DNA of 64,000 nt from Thermomicrobiales bacterium (GTDB lineage: Bacteria; Chloroflexota; Chloroflexia; Thermomicrobiales; CFX8): contig JBDHWD010000006.1 of NCBI GenBank assembly GCA_039810005.1, positions 707-64,706 of the forward strand, written 5' to 3'. The translations under genes were made by a program, and so were the position numbers. Shown here piece by piece: positions 27,775-36,426 of this stretch; within the stretch, counting starts at the first letter, position 1; every line of letters begins with the position of its first letter. The notes under the pieces were generated by a model. That model was not told the origin of the DNA. It searched no databases and was given only the letters and a program-made list of their open reading frames with translations.

Positions 27775-30728
27775 CCGCCGGTTACGTCGGCGGAGAGCAA
27801 CGGCCCACGGAACGTGACGTGGGCGGGGAGCGTCGGCGGCTCCAGCAACGAGAGTTCCCAGCGCGCCGGTTCCGTCTCGCTGAACCCGCTGCGCCGTAAG
27901 TAGTCGAGCACCATCGCGTTGCGCTTGCCTTCAATATACGGCGCGACGAGGCGAGTCGCGCCCTGTGACACGGCGAGGTCGGCGATGCCGGCCAGGAATG
28001 CGTCCTCGACGCCGCGCCCGAGCGCTCGACAGCTCATCAGCAGCGTGTCGATTTCGGCTACGCCGTCTCCGTCTGGCGGACAGACAAAGACGACGCCGAC
28101 GAGCCCATAGTCGCCGAAGCGGTCGGCTGCGTTCAGCACAAGCACGGCTGCATTCTGCGAGAACGCGCGGACTTCCTCAACAGTTCGGCGCTTGAGCGAG
28201 AGGTTGAACTGATTAGTGCGCTGGGTGAGCTGCGCGACGCGCGCCCACTCCTGATCGTCCGGTCGGTGCAGGTCGACGTGCAGATCGAGGCTGGCGAGGA
28301 AGTCTTCGAGGCTAGCGGACTTGGTCGACTCGCGTCGCCGCCGTCCTTCTTCCTGCATCATGCGGGTGCGGGCAGCATCGACTGCCGTGGCCTGCGCGCC
28401 GTCGAAAATCCAGAGCCGCGCCAGGGTGTCGGCGTAGGCGGTCGGCTGCGTTGGCATCGGAACGACGTGTACCTCCGGCACGCGCGTCGCCACTTCGAGC
28501 CGCACGGCCGGGTCATCGTCGAGGAAGACGAAGGCATCGAGGCCGAGGTTCATCTCGTCGGCCAGCGCCCGCAGGTTCTCCGACTTGTGGTTCCAGTTCA
28601 CGCTCCAGGTCGCGATGTCCTCGGGCCGCAGAATCATGCCCGGGTGGCGCTCGAAGACCTCCAGAACGTCCGCCTCCTCATTGCGGCTGACGACCGCGAG
28701 GAGAACGCCGCGTTCCTTCAGGCGCTTGAGCTGCATCTGGAAGAGCTGATAGGCGCGACCGGGACCGTCCGGACCCAGCTCGATGCCGTCCATGCCGACC
28801 TCGCCGATAACGCCACCCCAGAGCGTGTTGTCGCAGTCGATCGCAATCGCCTTGGCCGGAGAGCGACGACGTCCGCGAATGGTGCGCGCCAACGCGATGC
28901 CCAGCTCCTGGTATGCGCGTGGCGAGTATGGCGCGCGCGAGAGCATCTCGCCCGCGTCGTCGCGCGCGCGCTCGATGCCGATCTCCTCGATGACTGTTGC
29001 GAAGTCGAAGAGTGTGATGCCGGCGATGTCGGTCATCTTCCGCGACCACGTCCGCCGGATCGACTCGGCTGTAGCACGGTCGATCGGCGCTGCTGAAGAG
29101 ACGAGCGGCGGGAGTGTGCCGACCAGCAGCTCGCCGGCCATCGAGCCGATCGAAACAAAGTGCTGCAGCGCGTCAGCGATCTGCTCGATGCGTGCTTGCG
29201 TGGCTGCGTTCGAGCCGGCCCAGAGGTCTTCGGGCCGCGTCAGCACGACCTTCACCCCGGCCCGGTTTGCTCCGAACGGTCCGTGCTCGTCGAGCAGCGT
29301 CTGAATGATTTGATCGTAGTCGGCGAAGGAGCAGGGCAAGTCGAATCCGAAGGCCGCACCCCAGAGGCGCAGCGACGACGCGAGCGGCTGGGCGGTGAAC
29401 GACGCGGCGATGGTGACCGGCACCACGAGCCGTTCATCGGGTCCTGTGGGTGGCTGGGCGGCCAATGCGCGCGTCGCCTCCTGATGGTCGAGCAGCGGGA
29501 GCATGTCGATATCGTCCGGCAGGTCAGACGTAGTCGGAGCGGGCGCGTGAACCACGGCGCCGTTGGTTGCGCCGATTGCTTGCGCCGGCAGAGTGCCGAG
29601 GCGGTTATGGATCGCGTCGTCGATGTCGCGCAGCGTCTTGAGCCGATAGATGTCCTCCTCATCGACCGAGACGCCGTAGCGGTCGAAGATGGCGGCGGCA
29701 ATCGCAAGCTGGCCCAGCGAATCCCACGAGGAGCAGGTATCGCTGCTGAGGTCGTCCGGCGCGGCGTCTGGCGCGATGTCGAGCGCCGTCAGCACGAGCC
29801 GCCGAAGGTCGGCCTCGGCTTCGGTCGGTGCCCCTTCGACGACGTTGGCCGGGATGGGAGGCTGCGGCGCTGTGTCGGCGCGATCGACGAATTCGTCGCG
29901 GGTGCGCCGGTATTGCGCCGGGTTGCCGCCCCAGACCTGTCCGGCCGGGATGTGGGTCATTGCTGCGACGACCGCGCCCGGCTCGACGATCGCGTCATGC
30001 TCGATGACGGTTCCCAGACCGACGCGCGACTCACCGCCGATAGTGGCGCGATCTCCGATGCGGATCGGTGAGCTGAGGTAGACGAGGCTGCCGTCGGCGC
30101 GGATGGAAACGCTGTGCGCAACCAGCACCGCGCCGCCACCGATGACGACCTGGTTGCCAATCTCAGTCAGGTCGGGGTCGTAGATCCGGCCCCAGTTGGT
30201 GACATCCTGACCGATCGAGCTGGATGGCGCGTAGGCACGCAGGACCAGGCGGCTGAACGTGGCCACCGAGCCGAGAAGCTGGACCAGTGGCAGGCCGGAA
30301 ATCAGCGCCAGGCGGCGGTAGCAGACGATCGCCGTGACGACGTTGATGTCGTCCTTCACGACCTGCTTGAGCTCGGTGTTCTTGGCGACGACGCGGAAGC
30401 GCGGCTTGGGGTAGCGTCCGCCGATCGAACGGACGATGGCCGCCGAGATAGCCAGGAAGATGGTGAGCCAGATGACGTACAGGACTGGCGCAAGGATGAC
30501 CGCCAGGTACCACGACCACGGGATCACCAGGCCGGAGAGCGCGATCAGACCGACAATAGCGGCAGCCGCAACAATCATTGGAGCGATCAGGAAACCGACC
30601 CCCACCAGATCAGCGGTGGCCGCAGCAGCAGACGGACCGGAGAGGCGAAGACGCATAGCAGTTCTCCCGGAAAGACCAGTTCGGGTGTCAGACAAGGCCA
30701 GAATAACAGGCGCAACCTGCATCAGCAA
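27771..30728 (-). CDS. Multidomain membrane protein: TM helices, hexapeptide (LbH) acyltransferase, acyl carrier domain, FkbH-like HAD-IIIC phosphatase, GNAT-like domain
   Basis: Hydrophobic helices at aa 41-100. Hexapeptide repeats at aa 186-275 (VVIGGGAVLVAHS..IRIGDRATIGGESRVGLGTVIEHDAIVEPGAVV). ACP-like SSWDSLGQLAIAAAI (Ser337). HAD motif I AIDCDNTLWGG (aa 629-639) and FLDDDP. C-terminal MSCRALGRGVE GNAT-like region. Confidence 0.7.
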   Translation of the reverse strand: MLMQVAPVILALSDTRTGLSGRTAMRLRLSGPSAAAATADLVGVGFLIAPMIVAAAAIVGLIALSGLVIPWSWYLAVILAPVLYVIWLTIFLAISAAIVRSIGGRYPKPRFRVVAKNTELKQVVKDDINVVTAIVCYRRLALISGLPLVQLLGSVATFSRLVLRAYAPSSSIGQDVTNWGRIYDPDLTEIGNQVVIGGGAVLVAHSVSIRADGSLVYLSSPIRIGDRATIGGESRVGLGTVIEHDAIVEPGAVVAAMTHIPAGQVWGGNPAQYRRTRDEFVDRADTAPQPPIPANVVEGAPTEAEADLRRLVLTALDIAPDAAPDDLSSDTCSSWDSLGQLAIAAAIFDRYGVSVDEEDIYRLKTLRDIDDAIHNRLGTLPAQAIGATNGAVVHAPAPTTSDLPDDIDMLPLLDHQEATRALAAQPPTGPDERLVVPVTIAASFTAQPLASSLRLWGAAFGFDLPCSFADYDQIIQTLLDEHGPFGANRAGVKVVLTRPEDLWAGSNAATQARIEQIADALQHFVSIGSMAGELLVGTLPPLVSSAAPIDRATAESIRRTWSRKMTDIAGITLFDFATVIEEIGIERARDDAGEMLSRAPYSPRAYQELGIALARTIRGRRRSPAKAIAIDCDNTLWGGVIGEVGMDGIELGPDGPGRAYQLFQMQLKRLKERGVLLAVVSRNEEADVLEVFERHPGMILRPEDIATWSVNWNHKSENLRALADEMNLGLDAFVFLDDDPAVRLEVATRVPEVHVVPMPTQPTAYADTLARLWIFDGAQATAVDAARTRMMQEEGRRRRESTKSASLEDFLASLDLHVDLHRPDDQEWARVAQLTQRTNQFNLSLKRRTVEEVRAFSQNAAVLVLNAADRFGDYGLVGVVFVCPPDGDGVAEIDTLLMSCRALGRGVEDAFLAGIADLAVSQGATRLVAPYIEGKRNAMVLDYLRRSGFSETEPARWELSLLEPPTLPAHVTFRGPLLSADVTGG

Positions 30729-30802
30729 TCCGGCGCGAGCAGCGCATTTCTACCGCATACTGTGGCGGGAGACAGCAGGCTTAGAGAGAGGATCGTGGGG
30801 AC

Positions 30803-31783
30803 ATGACGACGTTACTGACCGGTGGGAACGGCTGGGTGCCGAGTTTTGTCATGCGCAAGCTGGCGCGCTCTGGTGAGCGGGTCATCTCCTACGATCTGAT
30901 GCCGGTTGATGACATGTTGCGCGAGCATCTGGGGGATGCGATCTCCAACGTTACGTTCATCCACGGTGACGTTACCGACGTGGATCATCTGCTCGCTATC
31001 GCCAGGAACACCGGTGTCAGCCGGATCATTCACGCGGCGGCCATCACGCCGCGCCTCTGGCGCGAGCAGAAGGAGCCGCGGCGGATTCTCGATGTCAACC
31101 TCGGTGGCACTATCAACGTCCTCGAAGTGGCGCGGGCGCTGCCGAAGTTTGAGCGCATGGTCTACATCGGCTCCGGCGCAGCCTGGGGCTCGGGGCACAC
31201 CGGCGAGACGATCGACGAGGACGCGCCGAGCCTGGCGACCGGCCTCTACGGCATCACCAAGCACACGAGCGAGCGTGTGGCCCTGCGGTACAAAGAACTG
31301 TTTGGCCTTGATATCGTGTCGATGCGTCCGGCAAATGTCTACGGCCCGATGGAGCGCGACACACCCGGCTACGTCGGCGCGACCGAGCTGCGCGAGATGC
31401 TTCGCGTGCTGGTAACCGGCGAGGAGCTGCGCGTGGCCAGCCTCGACGGCCCATACCGCGACTGGACCTATGTTGAGGACATCGCCGAGGGGATCGTCCG
31501 GGCCTGGGCCACGCCGCATCTGCCGCATGACGTCTATTCGATCACCGATGGTCGGCAGTATTCGATTGGCGAGATGCTGGAGGCGTTCAAGCGCGTCTGG
31601 CCGGAGATCGAGTACCGGCTCGTCCCGGAAGGTGAGGCGAATACTCCCCTGCGCGATGAGCCGCGCGGGCCTCGTCCGAAGAATGACCGTCTGCGGGAAG
31701 ACTTCGGCTGGGTGCCAGACACTCCGCTTGATGTCGGCGTAGCCAAATATCTGGACTGGATTCGCGAAAACGGACCACAATAA
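30803..31783 (+). CDS. NAD-dependent epimerase/dehydratase (extended SDR)
   Basis: LLTGGNGWVPSFV Rossmann motif and YGITK (YxxxK). 326 aa. Confidence 0.8.
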   Translation: MTTLLTGGNGWVPSFVMRKLARSGERVISYDLMPVDDMLREHLGDAISNVTFIHGDVTDVDHLLAIARNTGVSRIIHAAAITPRLWREQKEPRRILDVNLGGTINVLEVARALPKFERMVYIGSGAAWGSGHTGETIDEDAPSLATGLYGITKHTSERVALRYKELFGLDIVSMRPANVYGPMERDTPGYVGATELREMLRVLVTGEELRVASLDGPYRDWTYVEDIAEGIVRAWATPHLPHDVYSITDGRQYSIGEMLEAFKRVWPEIEYRLVPEGEANTPLRDEPRGPRPKNDRLREDFGWVPDTPLDVGVAKYLDWIRENGPQ

Positions 31784-32056
31784 CCCGTGGTAGGATGATT
31801 CTTGGCTACTCCAAGCGAATGGACGCGCTACGAGGCAACTGCTGTTTGTCATGCGCATGATCTCGCTGCATTCAATATGCAGCAGTTCGTTTGTGCTTGC
31901 ACGTTTCGTGAGAGCTGGATTCTTCCGGTTCTCGTGTTGCGGTGACCTGTCGCGCGCAGTTGCCCCTGCTGCTCTGACATGGCCTGACGGCGACTCTTCG
32001 CGCCGTAGCGATGCAGCCAGTGAGGCTCGTTCGCTACGTCCAGGCTGAGCGACCGG

Positions 32057-32980
32057 ATGGGTCGGGTGGCTTTGGCCAATATCGCAATTCAAACGGAAAG
32101 CGCCTCATCAATGGCAACAATCTCACACGGCGAGCAGACTCAACCCCGACGCTTCCGCCCGTTTGCCGCGCTCGCCAACACGACCTTCCGGATTGCGCCA
32201 GGCCTGAAGCCGCGCGCGCAAAGGACGATGACGAAGTTGACCTACGAGTACCTGAACCGGCGCGGAGTTGAGACAGGTATCTCGTTCATGAATTACGGAT
32301 ATGCACTCCTGAGCGACGAGCCGCGTCTGCCGCTCCCTCCAGAGGACGAGGACCAGCGCGCCGGATTCCAGATGTACAACGCGGTCGCCGGCGCGATCGA
32401 CCTGACGGGAATGGACGTACTTGAAATAGGATGCGGGCGTGGTGGCGGGGCCGCGTTCGTCGCGCAGCATCTCGCGCCGCGCAGGGTGACCGGAATAGAT
32501 CTGGCGGAACGAGCGATTGAGCAGTGTGTCGCGAACCATCGCGATGATCGGCTGCGGTTCAAGCAGGGCGACGCCGAGAATCTGCCGTTCCGAGAGCCGG
32601 CCTTTGACGCCGTGATCAATATCGAATCGTCGCACGCGTACCCCGACTTCGATCGCTTCTTGCGTGAGGTCCACCGTGTGCTGCGTCCTGCTGGCCATCT
32701 GCTCTTCGCAGACTTCCGCGAAGTCGAAGCGATTCCGCACCTGCGCAGCCAGCTTGCGCAGGCCGGCTTCACGATTGTCGAAGAAGAGGCGATCACGGCG
32801 AACGTCCTGCGCTCGCTGGACGAGAACGCCGGTCGAATGGCCGATGTCGTGCAGCGGTCGGTTCCGAAGCCGCTGCACGGTCTGGCCCGCGAATTTCTGG
32901 CCTCCGAGGGCAGCGTGCTCTACAAGGGCTTCCGCAACGGCGAGCTTGAATACGTCCGCATCGTCGCGCAGCGCGACTGA
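32057..32980 (+). CDS. Class I SAM-dependent methyltransferase, Rv2952-like (lipid O-methyltransferase family)
   Basis: [50 protein letters not shown] and C-terminal [13 protein letters not shown]. These parallel the remembered sequence of the mycobacterial phthiotriol/phenolphthiotriol dimycocerosate methyltransferase. Start uncertain (32057, 32111 or 32228). Confidence 0.7.
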   Translation: [307 protein letters not shown]

Positions 32981-32992
32981 TGGCGGCGCTGG

Positions 32993-33835
32993 CTACTCGG
33001 TGGCTGCTTCGTCGACGAACGCGGGATAGGAGCCGAACACCTTGAAGATGTCGCTCTTGGCGCGCATACGCTCCAGCGCCGCGGCAATCGGCGCATCCAG
33101 CCGGTGGCCCTCGATGTCGATCAGGAAGTAGTACTCGCCGAGGACGTTCTTGGCCGGTCGGCTCTCCAGACGCGTCATCTGGATCGTGTCGGCGGCCAGC
33201 TCTTCCAGGACGGCGAACAGCGAGCCGGGCACATTGCGGCGCACGGCGATGGCCATTGAGGTCTTGTCGTTGCCCGTTTGCGGATGGTCGCGGCTGGACA
33301 GGGCGACGAAGCGCGTCGCGTTCAGGTGGTTGTCCTCGATGTTGCGCGCCAGAATCTCTGCGCCATACAGTTCCGCCGCGCGCGCTGTGCCGATGGCCGC
33401 GACGGTTGGATCGCCGCCCTTGACGACGGCTTCGACCGCGCCGGCTGTCGAGAGCGCGGCCGTCTGGTTGGCGTTGGGCAGGCAGCGCTCCAGAAAGCGG
33501 CGGCATTGCCCGAGCGCCTGCGGGTGGCTATGCACTGTTTTGATCTGGGTGATCGATGCCCCGGGGGCTGCCGAGAGGCAGTGGCGCACCGGAACGACAA
33601 CTTCTCGCGAGATTTGCAGCGCCGTCTCGTGGATCAGGAGATCGAGCGTGCCGGAGACGGAACCCTCGATCGAGTTCTCGATCGGCAGTACGGCGGTGTC
33701 AGCGACATCGGCTTCAACGGCAGAGACAAGGGCCGGAAACGATGTAAACGGTATGAGGGTGTCGCCCTCGTTCGCGACCATCATGGCCGCCTCTTCGCTG
33801 AACGTTCCGATTGGCCCCAGAAATGCTATTCGCAT
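32993..33835 (-). CDS. pheA: Prephenate dehydratase
   Basis: MRIAFLGPIGTFSEEAA start, TRF motif (NATRFVAL), ESRP motif (LESRPA) and a C-terminal ACT domain. Confidence 0.85.
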   Translation of the reverse strand: MRIAFLGPIGTFSEEAAMMVANEGDTLIPFTSFPALVSAVEADVADTAVLPIENSIEGSVSGTLDLLIHETALQISREVVVPVRHCLSAAPGASITQIKTVHSHPQALGQCRRFLERCLPNANQTAALSTAGAVEAVVKGGDPTVAAIGTARAAELYGAEILARNIEDNHLNATRFVALSSRDHPQTGNDKTSMAIAVRRNVPGSLFAVLEELAADTIQMTRLESRPAKNVLGEYYFLIDIEGHRLDAPIAAALERMRAKSDIFKVFGSYPAFVDEAATE

Positions 33836-33951
33836 CCCACTCCGCCTCTGCTGCAGACTTCGCAAAACCCGTCCTTGCGAGTATACGTGACCTGCTCGGA
33901 CAGCCCTGTGGTGGGGCAGCAGCGGCGCAACAATTTTGGCAGGGTGCAGGC

Positions 33952-34470
33952 ATGAGTGAAGCCATCGGACAGGAGAGTGCTTATCGCGTGCGCAGTCGTC
34001 GACTCCACGTCGTCGTTCGTACGCTCTACGGCGGATCGCGCCCGGATGCGCCGATCGGCTCGGTGATCGACACGGCGGCGTGGCAGCGCCTCCGTCCCGT
34101 GATCGTTGCGCGTGGGTGGGAGCAGCGGGTCATCATCAGCGTCAAGCTGGCTCACACGCTGATATTCCTCGTTCTCTCCAGTGTCATCGTCCGGTTCGCC
34201 TGGTCGGGAGTGCATGGGAGGTGGGCACGCTGGATGGGGCTGACGCTGGCGGCCGTCGGCATCGAGACTGCGGTGATCATCGCCAATGGCGGGCGCTGTC
34301 CGCTGTCCGGCATCGTCGAGGACCTGGGGGCCGAGAGCGGGACCGTTTCGGACATCTTTCTGCCCGGCTGGATTGCCCGTCGTATCCCGCACGTTTCGAG
34401 CGCCCTGATCGCCGCCGGACTGCTCGGCCTGCTCGTCCGGCGGCTGATACGTCGCTACTCTCCGGCGTAG
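33952..34470 (+). CDS. Small integral membrane protein, function unknown
   Basis: 172 aa from ATG 33952. Three or four hydrophobic segments, plus the GGRCPLSGIVEDLG motif. Confidence 0.45.
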   Translation: MSEAIGQESAYRVRSRRLHVVVRTLYGGSRPDAPIGSVIDTAAWQRLRPVIVARGWEQRVIISVKLAHTLIFLVLSSVIVRFAWSGVHGRWARWMGLTLAAVGIETAVIIANGGRCPLSGIVEDLGAESGTVSDIFLPGWIARRIPHVSSALIAAGLLGLLVRRLIRRYSPA

Positions 34471-34919
34471 GCGCGCTCGATGGTCGCGATGTCGATCTTT
34501 TGCATCTTCAGCATCGCCTGCGTCGCGCGGGAATTGCCTTCGGGATCGCCACTGGAAACCAGCTCAAGGAGCCGGGTCGGCGTGATTTGCCACGAAACGC
34601 CGTACTTGTCCTTCAGCCAGCCGCACTGGCTCTCCTCGCCGCCGTCTGCCGTCAACGCATCCCAGAGTCGGTCGACCTCCTCCTGAGATTCACAGCGCAC
34701 CATGAACGACGTTGCCTCGGTGAACTGGAATTCCGGCCCGCCGTTGATCGTCATGAACTGCTGGCCGCAGATCCGGAACGACGTCGAGATGACGTTGCCG
34801 GTTTGTGGATCGCGCATTCCACTGAGGATTTCGGAATCCTCAAAGAGCGAGACGTAGAACTCGGTTGCTTCCTCGGCCGTTCCATCGAACCACAGGCAGG
34901 GGACGATCTTCTGTGTCAC
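34455..34919 (-). CDS. VOC/glyoxalase-superfamily protein (PhnB-like, 3-demethylubiquinone-9 3-methyltransferase domain)
   Basis: MTQKIVPCLWFDGTAEEATEFYVSLF start and GWLKDKYGVSWQI motif. Confidence 0.7.
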   Translation of the reverse strand: MTQKIVPCLWFDGTAEEATEFYVSLFEDSEILSGMRDPQTGNVISTSFRICGQQFMTINGGPEFQFTEATSFMVRCESQEEVDRLWDALTADGGEESQCGWLKDKYGVSWQITPTRLLELVSSGDPEGNSRATQAMLKMQKIDIATIERAYAGE

Positions 34920-35179
34920 GGTTCTGCTCCTTCATCACTGGCCCCGGCTCCGCTGCCGGTGCCGTATCCGCTCCGTTGTAACCTGGTCGAACGAGCGCGA
35001 CCGAATTCGACAAGGACAACGACAGAGCCGCTTTCCGTGTCGGTGCGTGGCGGTATGCATCAGCATCCACGCCCGATATGATCTCGCGGTGTGCAGGCCT
35101 CATGCACGTTGACGCGGCGCTCGAAGTCAACGTGCCAGCCACAGGCCGCGCGGTGCGGCGATACGAGGGTGAGGGATCG

Positions 35180-36406
35180 ATGGCAAATCAGGCGGATCGC
35201 AGGCTCCTCGCAGCAGCGCGCTGGCTCGCCAACACGGCCCGGATCGTGCCGGGGCGCGAGGACGTTCAGGATCCATACCGCTACCCCGTGCCGCAGGGAG
35301 GCTACCTCGGTGCCGTGCGCAACGAGTACGACACGCGAACCGGAGTCTGGTACCTGAACGGGCCCGTCTGGCACACGGGCCAGTCTATTCGGGCTGTTCT
35401 GATTGCCTGGCGGCGCACCGGCGACCCGGCGCTGTTGAAGGCCGCGCTGGCGATGGGTGAGTACATTGCTCGAAACGTCGTCAGCGATCCTGACGACCCC
35501 GACTACGGGCTGCTGCTGGCCTACGAGGGGGACAACGTCACCGTCAACAACCAGACGGTGCTGGAGACGCTGCCGGGACTCCTCGATCTTGCTGACGCGA
35601 CTGATGACGAGAGCTGGCTCGATCTGGCCCGCCGCGCTGCGGACGTCGTGCTGCGGGGCTTCCTGCCGGACGAAGGGCTCGTCGTCGACCACTACCACGT
35701 CGCCGAACGCCGCTTCTTCCACGATCGTGACAATCCATTGCCGGGCCGCATCATGCTCGACGACGCAGCGCTCGTTATGCTGACGGAGCGCACCGGCGAT
35801 GCTCGCTATCGCGACGCGTTCCTTGCGATGGCCGAACGCGGGCTACGCGAAGAGGACCCGCCGGGAACGTGGATCGTCTTCCCGCCGTGGCACCGTGACA
35901 CGGGCCGGCAACATATCCGCTGTAGCTGGTGGTGGGGCCGACCGATGCTGACCGCATATGATCTGACCGGCGATCGTCGATTCCTCGACGCGGCTGTCCG
36001 GGCGGGCACGTGGTATCTGGACAACCAGAACCTCGATGGTGGCTTCTATTACGCGACGTTACGCGATGGTCGTCACGGATCCTTCGCGCTGGCGACGAGC
36101 GGCGCGGCGGTCGCGGCCATCCTGTGGGCCGATCTCCACGCTCGCACGAACGATCCGGTCTATCTCGAGGCCATTGGCCGCAGCCTGCGCTTTCTCGCTG
36201 CGGCGCAGTTCAGCGATGAGGCCGACGATCCAAGCGTTCGCGGCGCGCTCTGGGAAACGCTCAACGTCCCGGATGGAACAACGAGGCCCGGATTCCGGGT
36301 ACGCGACATCGCCTCCATCTTTGCTGTGCGCGCCTGGGATCGACTGATCACGGACCAGCTGATTCCCGACGAGATCGCGCCGCTCAACAACGCCATGCCC
36401 TGGTAG
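35180..36406 (+). CDS. Putative (alpha/alpha)6-barrel, six-hairpin glycosidase/AGE-like protein
   Basis: 408 aa from ATG 35180 (RBS GAGGGTGAGGG). Repeated helix-pair periodicity with W/Y-rich loops. No specific family recognised. Confidence 0.3.
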   Translation: MANQADRRLLAAARWLANTARIVPGREDVQDPYRYPVPQGGYLGAVRNEYDTRTGVWYLNGPVWHTGQSIRAVLIAWRRTGDPALLKAALAMGEYIARNVVSDPDDPDYGLLLAYEGDNVTVNNQTVLETLPGLLDLADATDDESWLDLARRAADVVLRGFLPDEGLVVDHYHVAERRFFHDRDNPLPGRIMLDDAALVMLTERTGDARYRDAFLAMAERGLREEDPPGTWIVFPPWHRDTGRQHIRCSWWWGRPMLTAYDLTGDRRFLDAAVRAGTWYLDNQNLDGGFYYATLRDGRHGSFALATSGAAVAAILWADLHARTNDPVYLEAIGRSLRFLAAAQFSDEADDPSVRGALWETLNVPDGTTRPGFRVRDIASIFAVRAWDRLITDQLIPDEIAPLNNAMPW

Positions 36407-36426
36407 GCCCGTTCCGGAGTACAGGC

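Noticed and set aside
30812-32092. A 426-aa ORF antisense to the epimerase gene.
   Set aside because: Shadow ORF. The sense strand carries clear SDR motifs (GxxGxxG, YxxxK).
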